Assembly: GCA_009694735.1 (NCBI GenBank)
Contig: SHUG01000003.1
Location: forward strand, 19,840 to 83,839
Source of the DNA: Acidobacteriota bacterium
Lineage (GTDB): Bacteria > Acidobacteriota > Vicinamibacteria > Vicinamibacterales > UBA2999
DNA: 64,000 nt
Direction: 5' to 3'
The position numbers were made by a program, and so were the translations under genes. How positions within the stretch are numbered: position 1 is the first letter of the stretch; each line of letters starts with the position of its first letter. The notes under the pieces are model-generated. The model was not told the origin of the DNA and did not search any database. It was given only the letters and a program-made list of their open reading frames with translations. This document shows, one piece after another, positions 28,302-40,022 of this stretch.

Positions 28302-29264
28302 ATGAGATTCAAAGGCTCGCTACTTGCCACGCTGCTTCTCCTGCTCTCGCCAATAGCAGCAGCCGCCGAAACGCGGTGGGCGGTCATCATTTCCGGCGCG
28401 TCCGGGGGCGAGAAGTACGCGGAACAGATGCGCGATTGGCGCGAAGGCCTGCGGTCGGCCCTGGTCGATCGTTACGGCTTCACGAGCGAGCACGTGCGCC
28501 TGTTGGTGGACGAATCGGCGGCGGCGGGCGAGAAGGGCTCGGGCGCGAACGTTCGCAAGGTGTTCACCGAGATCAAACAGGCCGGGACCAAAGACGACTT
28601 CGTGCTGGTGGTGCTGCTTGGTCACGGCACCTACGACGGCGAGGTCGCCAAGTTCAACCTGGTCGGGCCTGACCTGACGGCTAAGGACTGGACCGACCTG
28701 CTGGCCGGCGTGCAGGGCCGGCTCGCCGTGGTGAATACGACCGAAGCCAGCTTCCCGTTTCTCGAGTCGCTGACGGCCAAGGGCCGCGTGGTGATCACCG
28801 CCACCGATTCGGCGGCGCAGAAGTACGCCACCGTGTTCCCCGAGTACTTCGTGAAGGCGATGCGCGAAGCCTCGACCGACCTGGACAAGAACGGCCGCAC
28901 CTCGCTCTTCGAAGTGTTCGCCGCGGCGAGCGCCGCCGTGAAGCAGCACTACGAGCAGAAGGGGCAGCTGGCGACCGAGCGGGCCGTGATCGACGACAAC
29001 GGCGACGGCAAGGGCCGCGAAGCCAGCGCCGAGGGGCCCGATGGTGGCGTCGCGCGCATCTCGTACCTGGATGCGGAAAGCGCGGCGGAGAACGCCAGCC
29101 CTGAACTCGCCGCGTTGGCGAAGCGCCGGCGCGCGCTGGAGATGCAGGCCGAAGAGCACAAGCAGCTCAAGGGCGTGATGCCAGAGGCCGAATGGAACGC
29201 GCGGTTCGAGAAGTTGATGCTGGAATTAGCGCAAGTCTCCGCGGAGATACGCAAGAAGTCCTAG
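28302..29264 (+). CDS. Secreted caspase/C13-fold protein lacking the catalytic Cys
   Basis: Signal peptide, WAVIISG, LLGHG, DLDKNGRTS; no Cys from this start. Confidence 0.65.
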   Translation: MRFKGSLLATLLLLLSPIAAAAETRWAVIISGASGGEKYAEQMRDWREGLRSALVDRYGFTSEHVRLLVDESAAAGEKGSGANVRKVFTEIKQAGTKDDFVLVVLLGHGTYDGEVAKFNLVGPDLTAKDWTDLLAGVQGRLAVVNTTEASFPFLESLTAKGRVVITATDSAAQKYATVFPEYFVKAMREASTDLDKNGRTSLFEVFAAASAAVKQHYEQKGQLATERAVIDDNGDGKGREASAEGPDGGVARISYLDAESAAENASPELAALAKRRRALEMQAEEHKQLKGVMPEAEWNARFEKLMLELAQVSAEIRKKS

Positions 29265-29271
29265 TCCAGGG

Positions 29272-29946
29272 CTAGGACGTGCGCGTATCCCACCAGTCGA
29301 CGTCCATGCGCTCGCGGCGCCGCATCGGAATGACCAGCGCCAGACCGCACGCGAACCCCGCCACGTGGGCCCAGAACGCAACCCCGCCAGAGAGATTGCC
29401 GGCCTGGAAGACCGGCAGCGTGCTGATTCCGCTCAGGAACTGCATGACGAACCAGAAGCCCAGGAAAAACACCGCCGGCAGCTCGAACACGATCGGTGGG
29501 AACGGGAACAACATCAGCACCCGCGAGTGCGGATACAGCACGAGGTACGCGCCCATCACGCCGGCAATGGCGCCGCTCGCGCCGACCATGGGGATCAAGG
29601 AGTCAGGGTTGAGCGCCGTTTGCGCGAACGCGGCGACGAATCCGCAGATCAGGTAAAACACGGCGAAACGGCCGTGGCCGAGGCGGTCTTCGACGTTGTC
29701 GCCGAAGATCCAGAGAAACAGCAGGTTGCCCGCCAGGTGCGCGACGCCGGCATGCACGAACATCGAGGTGAACACGTCGACCAGCGAGAAGTGCGCCGGC
29801 ACCATGGCGAAGGTGTTGACGAACGCTTCAGCCGTGCGCTCTGACAGCATGGCCTGGAACAGGTAGACCAGCACGTTGACGGCGATCAGGCTAATCGTTA
29901 CGCCGGGGTGTGTGCGAGAGGGAATGACGTCGCGCAGCGGAATCAA
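29272..29946 (-). CDS. Rhomboid intramembrane serine protease
   Basis: TSMFVHAG, GASGAIAG, AFWAHVAG. Confidence 0.92.
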   Translation of the reverse strand: MIPLRDVIPSRTHPGVTISLIAVNVLVYLFQAMLSERTAEAFVNTFAMVPAHFSLVDVFTSMFVHAGVAHLAGNLLFLWIFGDNVEDRLGHGRFAVFYLICGFVAAFAQTALNPDSLIPMVGASGAIAGVMGAYLVLYPHSRVLMLFPFPPIVFELPAVFFLGFWFVMQFLSGISTLPVFQAGNLSGGVAFWAHVAGFACGLALVIPMRRRERMDVDWWDTRTS

Positions 29947-29978
29947 TGACGTGCCTGCAGTTAGAATAGCGAATAACG

Positions 29979-30179
29979 ATGAAATGTCGCTCGTGCCCCG
30001 CCGAAATTGCGGCTAACGCCCTCATTTGCTACAAGTGCGGCACCGCCACCGAGGAGCCGCGGATCACCCCGCCGGCATCGCGTCCGCGGCGCTCGCGCCT
30101 GCCACTGGCGGGCCTGGTGCTGTTGGGGCTGGCGCTGGCGGCGGTCGTCCGCCAGGTGGCGTGCGGAAGCCTGTTATGA
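29979..30179 (+). CDS. Small Zn-ribbon membrane protein
   Basis: CRSC...CYKCG plus C-terminal TM helix. Confidence 0.6.
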   Translation: MKCRSCPAEIAANALICYKCGTATEEPRITPPASRPRRSRLPLAGLVLLGLALAAVVRQVACGSLL

Positions 30180-30219
30180 TGAGGCGTTCGGGCCTCCCAA
30201 ATGGCGCCCGCTCGTCCCT

Positions 30220-31833
30220 ATGGCAAATGCGCGGCTCGAAGTAAACGACGGCCTCGGCCAGCGAATCGTCCCGATTACGAAGGCCCAGCTGATGATCGGC
30301 CGCCGTCCCGAGAGCGACCTGCGCCTCGTCGGCACCGACGTCTCGCGCGAACACGCCGAGATCGTCGAGATCGATGGCGAGTGGCTGCTGCGCGACAAGG
30401 GGTCGCGCTATGGCACCTTCGTCAACGGCGAATCGGTCACCGAACACAAGCTCACGCACGGCGACAAGGTGCAGTTCGGCCGGGCCAGCGGCGCCGACGT
30501 CGTGTTCCTGACCGGCGATGCGCCCGCGCACGCCGACCGCTCGCAGGCCAGCGCCGTCAACGACCTGCGCCAGCTCGCCGCGCTGCTCGAAGGCCTGCGC
30601 GCGCTCGGCTCGGGCCGCGTCCTCGACGAAGTGCTCGCGCTGGTGCTCGACGCCGCCATCGACGTGGCCGGCGCCGAACGCGGCTTCATCATGTTGGCGG
30701 CGACCGGCCAACCGCTGGAGTTGAAGCTGGCGCGCGCGAAAGGCCGCATTACCCTGCCCGCCACCGGTTTCAACACCAGCCGCAAGATCCCCGAAGAGGT
30801 CTTTGCCACCGGCGAACTGAAGATCTTTGCCGACCTGCTCGATGGCGACCTCGCCAACGTGCACATGGGCACGGTGGCGCTTGGCATTCGCCACGTGGCC
30901 TGCATTCCGCTGCGCATGGTCCGCTACCTGGATCGTGCCGACATGGCGAGCGAGACCAAGAACATCGGCGTGCTCTATCTCGACAGCCGCGAGAAGGGCA
31001 GCCTGCTCGCGCCGCATACCCGCACGGCGCTCGACACACTGGCCAACGAGGCCGGCGTGGCCATCGAGAACGCCCGGCTCTATCGCGAGACGCTCGATAA
31101 GGCCCGCCTCGAGCACGAGCTGAAGCTCGCCGCGGAAATCCAGCGCGCGCTTCTGCCCGAGGGTACGCACAACGGTGTCTTCTTCGAGTCGGCCGGCACC
31201 TCGCTCCAGGCCCGTTCGATTGGCGGCGACTTCTTCGATCTGATCGACACGCCCGACGGCATGTTCGGATTCTTGTGCGGCGACGTCGCCGGCAAGGGGC
31301 CGGCGGCGGCGCTGCTCACGGCCAAGATCATGGGTATCTTCTCGGCCTTCGCGTCGATCGGCGACGACCCGGCGCAGACGGTAAACCACATCAACAAGGT
31401 GTTGACCCGTCGTCAGATCGACGCGCGCTATGCCACCCTGATGTACGGGCAGTTGGCGCCGACCGGCAAGCTGGTGTTCTGCAACGCCGGCCACAACCCA
31501 CCGCTCATCTACGGCGTCGACGGCTTGCGCCGCATCGAGGTGGGCGGCATGCCGGTTGGTTTGTTCGAGATGGCGCCGTACTCCGCCGATTCGGTGGACC
31601 TGAAGCCCGGCGACACCATGGTGCTCTACAGCGACGGCGTCACCGAAGCGCACAACGTCAACGGTGACGAGTTTGGTGAAGAGCGCATGGTCGAGGTGCT
31701 CGAACGCCACCACCAGGAACCCGCGACCGTCGTGCTCGAGAAGCTGGTCGACGCCGTCACGACGTTCGCGCACGGCGCCGAGCAGTACGACGATGTGACG
31801 GCGCTGATCGTGAAGTACACCGGACCGTCATGA
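30220..31833 (+). CDS. FHA-GAF-SpoIIE (PP2C) phosphatase
   Basis: IGR...VSREHA...SRYGTFVNG (FHA); GAF; GGDFFD, GDVAGKG, YSDGVTEA, DDVT. Confidence 0.9.
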   Translation: MANARLEVNDGLGQRIVPITKAQLMIGRRPESDLRLVGTDVSREHAEIVEIDGEWLLRDKGSRYGTFVNGESVTEHKLTHGDKVQFGRASGADVVFLTGDAPAHADRSQASAVNDLRQLAALLEGLRALGSGRVLDEVLALVLDAAIDVAGAERGFIMLAATGQPLELKLARAKGRITLPATGFNTSRKIPEEVFATGELKIFADLLDGDLANVHMGTVALGIRHVACIPLRMVRYLDRADMASETKNIGVLYLDSREKGSLLAPHTRTALDTLANEAGVAIENARLYRETLDKARLEHELKLAAEIQRALLPEGTHNGVFFESAGTSLQARSIGGDFFDLIDTPDGMFGFLCGDVAGKGPAAALLTAKIMGIFSAFASIGDDPAQTVNHINKVLTRRQIDARYATLMYGQLAPTGKLVFCNAGHNPPLIYGVDGLRRIEVGGMPVGLFEMAPYSADSVDLKPGDTMVLYSDGVTEAHNVNGDEFGEERMVEVLERHHQEPATVVLEKLVDAVTTFAHGAEQYDDVTALIVKYTGPS

Positions 31834-32105
31834 CCACGGTGGCGCGCGTCGCCATCGGGCTGTGGGCGGTCCTCGCGCTGGTGGTGTTCAGCGTGACCTT
31901 CGACTGGCAGACCCGCAAGGCGGGACTGCTGTTCGCCAGCCATCAGGTGCAGCGCCACGCCGCCGGCCTCCCGGTCGCCACCATCACCGAGGGCTTCCGC
32001 CCCATGGTGCGCTCGGCCGCCCTTCGGTCGAGCGCCTGGCTGGGCCTCAGTCTGATCACCGGCGTCATCGCGACGGTCGCGGCCTCACGAGCGTCGAAAC
32101 AGTAG
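31830..32105 (+). CDS. Small 2-TM hypothetical protein
   Basis: Coupled to both neighbours; two hydrophobic segments. Confidence 0.6.
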   Translation: MTTVARVAIGLWAVLALVVFSVTFDWQTRKAGLLFASHQVQRHAAGLPVATITEGFRPMVRSAALRSSAWLGLSLITGVIATVAASRASKQ

Positions 32106-33317
32106 ATGTTGGATTCGCTGATTTACGACTGGAACAAAATCGGCGCGCCGGCGGTGCCCAAACGGGTGATGCTGAACGACGAGACGTTGCGCGACGGCTT
32201 GCAGTCGCCGTCGGTGAAGACGCCCACCATCGCCCAGAAGATCAAGATCCTCCATCTGATCGATCGGCTCGGCATCGATACCGCCGACATCGGCTTGCCG
32301 GGAGCCGGCCCGCACGTCGTCCAGGACGTGGAGCGGCTCGCGCGCGAGATTGTCGGCGCGCGGTTAAAGGTGCGCGCCAACTGCGCGGCACGGACGATCA
32401 TCAGCGACATTCGGCCGATCGCGGAGATTACCCAGCGCACGGGTCTGCCGATTGAGGTGGGCACGTTCATCGGCTCGTCGCCGATCCGCCAGTACACCGA
32501 GGGCTGGACGATCGACTGGCTGTTGAAGAGCACCGAAGACGCCATTACGTTTGCCGTGGGCGAAGGCCTCGATGTCATGTACGTGACCGAGGACACGACA
32601 CGGGCTGATCCGGAAACGTTGCGCCGGTTGTACGTCTGCGCCATTCGCGCCGGGGCCAAGCGGATTTGCCTCGCCGACACCGTCGGGCACGCCACCCCGT
32701 GGGGCGCCACCGCCGTGGTCAAGTTCGCGGCGCAGGTGATCAAGGACGAAGGCGCCGATGTCGGCATCGACTGGCACGGTCATCGCGATCGTGACCTGGC
32801 CATCATCAACAGCATCGCCGCACTCGAAGCCGGCGCTTCGCGCGTGCACGCCGCCGCCCTGGGAATTGGCGAACGCGTCGGCAATACTCCGATGGACCTG
32901 CTGCTTGTGAACCTGGTCGTGATGGGCTTCATCGAGCGCGACCTCACGGCGCTGATGCCGTACTGCGACGCGGTGTCCGAGGCCTGCGGCGTCCCGATTC
33001 CCGACAACTATCCCGTCGTCGGCAGGGATGCCTTCCGCACCGCGACCGGGGTGCACGCCGCCGCGGTCGTGAAGGCCTGGCGCAAGGGTGACATCGAGCT
33101 GATGGACGCGGTCTACTCGTCGATTCCCGCCAGCCTCGTCGGCCGGCACCAGGAGATCGAAGTCGGCCCGATGTCAGGGAAGTCGAACGTGTTGTTCTGG
33201 TTGGAGCAGCACGGCATTCCGGCCACTGACCCGGTCGTCGATCGTGTCTTCGCGAAAGCCAAAGAGTCGACGACGGTCCTAACAGAAGCCGAAATTCTCG
33301 CGGAAGTTTACCGCTAG
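32106..33317 (+). CDS. leuA: 2-isopropylmalate synthase family (DRE-TIM), short form
   Basis: DETLRDGLQ, HGHRD, GIGERVGN, GPMSGKSN. Confidence 0.75.
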   Translation: MLDSLIYDWNKIGAPAVPKRVMLNDETLRDGLQSPSVKTPTIAQKIKILHLIDRLGIDTADIGLPGAGPHVVQDVERLAREIVGARLKVRANCAARTIISDIRPIAEITQRTGLPIEVGTFIGSSPIRQYTEGWTIDWLLKSTEDAITFAVGEGLDVMYVTEDTTRADPETLRRLYVCAIRAGAKRICLADTVGHATPWGATAVVKFAAQVIKDEGADVGIDWHGHRDRDLAIINSIAALEAGASRVHAAALGIGERVGNTPMDLLLVNLVVMGFIERDLTALMPYCDAVSEACGVPIPDNYPVVGRDAFRTATGVHAAAVVKAWRKGDIELMDAVYSSIPASLVGRHQEIEVGPMSGKSNVLFWLEQHGIPATDPVVDRVFAKAKESTTVLTEAEILAEVYR

Positions 33318-33320
33318 TCG

Positions 33321-33378
33321 GTCCGCCTAAAGGCGGACGCCACATTTACTTGCCTGTAGCGTCCGGCTTTAGCCGGAC
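33321..33378. repeat. Inverted REP doublet (GTAG-type, REPIN-like)
   Basis: gtccgcctaaaggcggacgccac and gtagcgtccggctttagccggac between convergent genes. Confidence 0.75.
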
Positions 33379-33383
33379 TGCCG

Positions 33384-34274
33384 CTAGTTCTTCAACAGCC
33401 GCGCTTCGATTTCCGGCAGCGCCACCACCACCACCTCACCCACCACTTGCAGGCTGCGCGCTGACACGGCGTCGAGCGTGTCTTGCGCGGTGTGCCATGC
33501 CGGGTAATCGAGATCGATGATGTCGAGCGAGGGTACCCCGGCCTTGAGGAACGGGAGGTGGTCGTCTTCAACGGCCATCGACTCGGTGATGAAGTGCGCC
33601 TGGTGTCCGAGCCGTCGCGCCACGCTCCACACGATGTCAGTCAGCCAGGGCGTCGAATTGGTCTCGCGCCGGATGTTCAGCTGGCGATCGCCGATCATGT
33701 CGAGCAGGATCATCGCGCGCAGCGACTTGAGCGTGCCGGCCGTGCGCGCGACCTCGACGTAATGGCGGCTGCCGTAAGTGTTGTCGGTGCCCTGCCATGC
33801 GCCGGTGGCTTCTTCGCCATCGAGGAACAGTAACTCAATCGTGAAGGGGAGCTGCGGGCGCGCCTTAATCACCCGCGCCAGTTCGAGCAGCGCCGCCGTG
33901 CTGGAGGCGCCGTCGCTGGCGCCGACGAAGCGGAATTCGCGGAACAACTTGGTGTCGAAGTGGCTCGCCAACACGATGCGCTCGGCGCGCTGGCCCGGGA
34001 TGGTCGCGATCAGGTTGACCATTTTGATCGGCCCAATCGGCGTGGTCGCCGTCCAGGCCTGTTCGACGGTCTTGAGGCCGACCGCCGCCAGCGTCTTGGT
34101 GATGTACACGCGATTCTTGACGATGCCCGGCGAGCCCGAGGGCCGCGGCCCGATGGCCACTTGCTGGCGCAAGTGTTCCCACGCCCTGGAGCTGTCGAAC
34201 GCCGCCGGCGCCTGAGCGGAAACCGTCAGCGACAACAGCACGCCGCTAATCGCCAATTGGATCAATCGAATCAC
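33384..34274 (-). CDS. M28 peptidase / glutaminyl-cyclase-like protein
   Basis: SHFDT, GASDGAS, DGEE, LLDMIG, EDDHLPF, WHTAQD; start uncertain. Confidence 0.85.
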   Translation of the reverse strand: MIRLIQLAISGVLLSLTVSAQAPAAFDSSRAWEHLRQQVAIGPRPSGSPGIVKNRVYITKTLAAVGLKTVEQAWTATTPIGPIKMVNLIATIPGQRAERIVLASHFDTKLFREFRFVGASDGASSTAALLELARVIKARPQLPFTIELLFLDGEEATGAWQGTDNTYGSRHYVEVARTAGTLKSLRAMILLDMIGDRQLNIRRETNSTPWLTDIVWSVARRLGHQAHFITESMAVEDDHLPFLKAGVPSLDIIDLDYPAWHTAQDTLDAVSARSLQVVGEVVVVALPEIEARLLKN

Positions 34275-34331
34275 GAATTCACCCGAATCGCCATTCACCC
34301 AACAATCAATCAATCGTCAATCGGTCGTTCG

Positions 34332-35624
<1,293 letters not shown>

Positions 35625-35691
35625 AGGATGATCCGATTCATTCTAGATCACCCGCCCAGCGCCGTCACGGATTGAGTGCGCGGCCGGGGAT

Positions 35692-36374
35692 CTATTCGGC
35701 CTTGGCCGGCCCGGCCCCGGTGTGCCGGACGTCCTTGGCCGACAGGATGAAGATGACGTCTTCCGCCACGTTGGTGGCGTGGTCGCCGATGCGCTCGAGG
35801 TGGCGGGAAATCAGGATCAGGTCCAGCGCCGGCTCGATGGTGACCGGATCCTGCAGCATGTAGGTCAACAGCTCGCGGAAAATCTGGGTCTTGAGGGCAT
35901 CGAGCGTGTCGTCCTGCGCCAGCACCGCCTCGGCCAGGGCAATGTCGCGGCGGACAAAGGCGTCGAGGGCGTCGCGCAGCATCGACTGCGCCAGCTCGCC
36001 CATCCGCGGGATGTCAATCAGCGGCTTGACCGGCGCGTGGCGCAGGTAGCGCTTGCCGGCCTCGCCGATGTTCACGGCCAGGTCGCCCACCCGCTCGAGG
36101 TCGGTGTTGATCTTGACGGCGGCGACGATCACGCGCAGATCGGCGGCCATCGGCTGGTGCAAGGCCAGCAACTTGAAACAGCGGTCGTCCAACTCGATGT
36201 GCAGGTCGTTGATGGGCTGGTCGCCAGCGAGCACGGCCTCGAGCGTCGCACTGTCACGGTCCATCAGGCCGCGCAGCGACTCGCGCACCCGTTCCTCGGC
36301 CAGGCCGCCCATGGCCAGCAAGCGCTGCTTGAGCGCGTCGAGTTCGTCCTGGAAGTGTCGAAACACGCGTTCCA

Positions 36375-36375
<1 letters not shown>
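35692..36375 (-). CDS. phoU: Phosphate signalling protein PhoU
   Basis: QPMAADLR, DLERVGD, HLERIGDHATNVAE. Confidence 0.95.
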
Positions 36376-37210
<835 letters not shown>

Positions 37211-37214
<4 letters not shown>

Positions 37215-38053
37215 ATGCGCCCCCGGCGCTGTTGGCGGTCCCGGACGACAATGGCGATCGCGTTCATCGACAACAGCAGCACCATGAGCACAAGAATACC
37301 AGCGGCGGCGTTCGCCTTGAACTCGGGTTGTGGCCGCGAAACCCAGTTGAAGACCTGGATCGGCAGCACGGTGAACTTCGACCAGATCCCGTCGGGCGCG
37401 AACGGGATGTAGGTGAGCGCGCCGATGGTGATCAGCGGCGCGGTTTCGCCGACCGCTCGTGACAGCGCCAGGATCAGGCCGGTGAGCACGCCCGGCAGGG
37501 CCATCGGCAGCACCTGGTTCCAAATCGTCTGCCACTTGGTGGCGCCGAGCGCGTATGAGCCTTCACGGATGGAATTAGGCACGGTTCGCAAGGCCTCGCG
37601 GGTGGACAGAATCACCACCGGCAGCGCCAGCAGCGCCAGGGTCGCGGCGCCGGCCAGCACGCTCTGGCCCATGCCCATCAAGCGGACGAACAGCCCCAGG
37701 CCCAGCAGGCCATAGATGATCGACGGCACCGCCGCGAGGTTCGAGATGTTGAGCTCGATGAAGCGCGCCATGCGGCTGCGCGAGCCGTATTCCTCGAGGA
37801 AGATCGCCGCGGCCACGCCGATCGGCAGCGCCAGCGCGCCGGTGAGCGCAATCACCCAGATGCTGCCCATCAGGGCGTGGTAGACACCGGCCTCTTCGGG
37901 CTTGCGTGACGCGATGTTAGTGAGGAACTGGAAGCTCAGGCGACCGGCGCCGTCCGAGACGATGTCGAAGACCAGCGCGGCCAGCGCCGCCAGTGCGATC
38001 ACCAGCGCGCTGAGCGACACCAACTGGAAGATCAGGTCGGCGTGCTTCCTCAT
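37211..38053 (-). CDS. pstA: Phosphate ABC permease
   Basis: [19 protein letters not shown]. Confidence 0.93.
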
Positions 38054-38973
38054 GCGTATTCCTCGCGGTAGCGCTCTCGCAGCCAGGTGCTGATCAGGTT
38101 GAGGCTGAAGGTCATCACGAACAGCAGCATGCCGACCGCGAAGATCGTTCGATACTCGAGGGTCCCCTGGGGCGTGTCACCGAGCGACACCTGGACGATG
38201 TAGGCAGTCATGGTTTCGATCGGCACGAACGGATTGCCGGTGAGGCGCGGCTGCTGGCCCGCGGCAATCGCCACGATCATCGTCTCGCCAATCGCGCGCG
38301 AGACCCCGAGAATGAAGGCGGCGGTAATGCCGGAGAACGCGGCGGGGACGACGACCCTGAGCGCGGTCTGCATGCGTGTCGCGCCCAGCGCGTATGAGCC
38401 TTCGCGCAGGCCCTGCGGCACGGCGCGCATCGCGTCTTCCGACAGCGACGACACCAGCGGCAGGATCATCAGGCCCATCACCAGCCCGGGGCTGAGCGCG
38501 TTGAAGCCCGAAAGGGTGGGGAAGACCTGCTGCAGCAGCGGCGTGACAAACATCAGGGCGAAGTAGCCGTAGACCACCGTCGGCACGCCCGCCAGGATCT
38601 CCAGCACCGGCTTGACGACTCGGCGGAAGCCGCTCGGCGAGTATTCACTCAGGTAGATCGCCGAGAGCAAGCCCATCGGCAAGGCGACGACCATGGCAAT
38701 GCTCGACACCAGCATGGTGCCGGCCACCAGCGGCAACACGCCGAACTTCTGGTTCGAGAACAGCGGGGTCCACTCGGTGCCGGTCAGAAAGTCGAGTACC
38801 GGTACCTCGCGCAGGAACTCGTAGGTCTCAATTGCCAGCACGGCAATGATGCCGGCGGTGGTGAGCACTGAGAGCGCGGCGCACAGGAACAGCGCCCGCT
38901 CGATGATCCATTCGCCTTTCAGCAGGCTCAAGGCGCCCCGAGCACGTCGCGGGGCCAGCGTCCGGGTCGTCAT
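38050..38973 (-). CDS. pstC: Phosphate ABC permease
   Basis: [17 protein letters not shown]. Confidence 0.93.
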   Translation of the reverse strand: MTTRTLAPRRARGALSLLKGEWIIERALFLCAALSVLTTAGIIAVLAIETYEFLREVPVLDFLTGTEWTPLFSNQKFGVLPLVAGTMLVSSIAMVVALPMGLLSAIYLSEYSPSGFRRVVKPVLEILAGVPTVVYGYFALMFVTPLLQQVFPTLSGFNALSPGLVMGLMILPLVSSLSEDAMRAVPQGLREGSYALGATRMQTALRVVVPAAFSGITAAFILGVSRAIGETMIVAIAAGQQPRLTGNPFVPIETMTAYIVQVSLGDTPQGTLEYRTIFAVGMLLFVMTFSLNLISTWLRERYREEYA

Positions 38974-38982
38974 GACGCTGCG

Positions 38983-40017
38983 CTACTGCGCGCGTTCCTT
39001 GTTGAGCAGCTGATCGATGGTGACGCCGACGGTGTTCTGTCCGGAGAACACCGAGCCGGTGTGGCGCTTGGCGAAGCGGTCGGTGACCATGCCGTAGATC
39101 TCCGGGCCCAGGCCCACGTAGTTCACTTCGCGGACCAGGGTTTCGGCGTTCTTCATGTAGAACTCCACGAACTTCTGCACTTCCGGACGCTCGGCGGCCT
39201 TCTTCGAGATGTAAATGAACACCGGCCGCGACAGCGGCTGGTAGGTGCCAGTCTTGATTGAGTCAGGCGACGGCAGCATCGGGCCGGCGCCGTTGTCGGC
39301 CTTCTCATCGTCCACCGGCACCAGCTTCAACCGTTCTGCGTTCTCTTCGTAATAGGCGAAGGGCAGGAAGCCCAGCGCGAGCTCGTCGCTGCTGATGCCC
39401 TGCACCAGCACGTTGTCGTCTTCGCTCGAGGTGAAGTCACCACGGCTGGCCTTGGCCTTGCCGTTGATGGCTTCGGTAAAGTAATCGTAGGTGCCCGAGT
39501 CAACGCCGGCGCCAAACAGGTGAATCTCGCGATCCGGCCAGGTGGCGCGAATCTGGTTCCACTTCTTCACCTTGGCCTGCGCATCCGGCGCCCACAGCGT
39601 CTTCAGTTCGGCCACCGTGATCTTGTCAGCCCACGCGGCCTTCGGGTTCACCGCGATGGCAATGCCGTCGTAGGCCACCGGCATCTCGATGAACTCGATG
39701 CCCGACTTGGTGCAGGCTGCCACCTCGCTGGCGCTGATCGGACGCGAGGCATCGCTGATGTCGATTTCACCGCGGCAGAACTTCTGGAAGCCACCGCCCG
39801 TGCCGGAGATCCCGACGGTCACGTTGATGTTCTGGTTGGACTTCTGGAATTCCTCGGCGACTGCCTCGCTGATCGGAAACACCGTGCTGGACCCGTCAAG
39901 CGTCACGAGAGCCGTGCCCCCGGATGATGTGCCGCTGGATGAGCTGCCGCCACAGGCGGCAAGCGTGAAAACCAGCACCACGAGGGGCGCGACGTGACGG
40001 ACAGGGGACAGCAACAT
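38983..40017 (-). CDS. pstS: Phosphate-binding lipoprotein
   Basis: LAAC lipobox, DGSSTV, GTGGGF, SGTYDYF. Confidence 0.93.
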   Translation of the reverse strand: MLLSPVRHVAPLVVLVFTLAACGGSSSSGTSSGGTALVTLDGSSTVFPISEAVAEEFQKSNQNINVTVGISGTGGGFQKFCRGEIDISDASRPISASEVAACTKSGIEFIEMPVAYDGIAIAVNPKAAWADKITVAELKTLWAPDAQAKVKKWNQIRATWPDREIHLFGAGVDSGTYDYFTEAINGKAKASRGDFTSSEDDNVLVQGISSDELALGFLPFAYYEENAERLKLVPVDDEKADNGAGPMLPSPDSIKTGTYQPLSRPVFIYISKKAAERPEVQKFVEFYMKNAETLVREVNYVGLGPEIYGMVTDRFAKRHTGSVFSGQNTVGVTIDQLLNKERAQ

Positions 40018-40022
40018 GGTCA

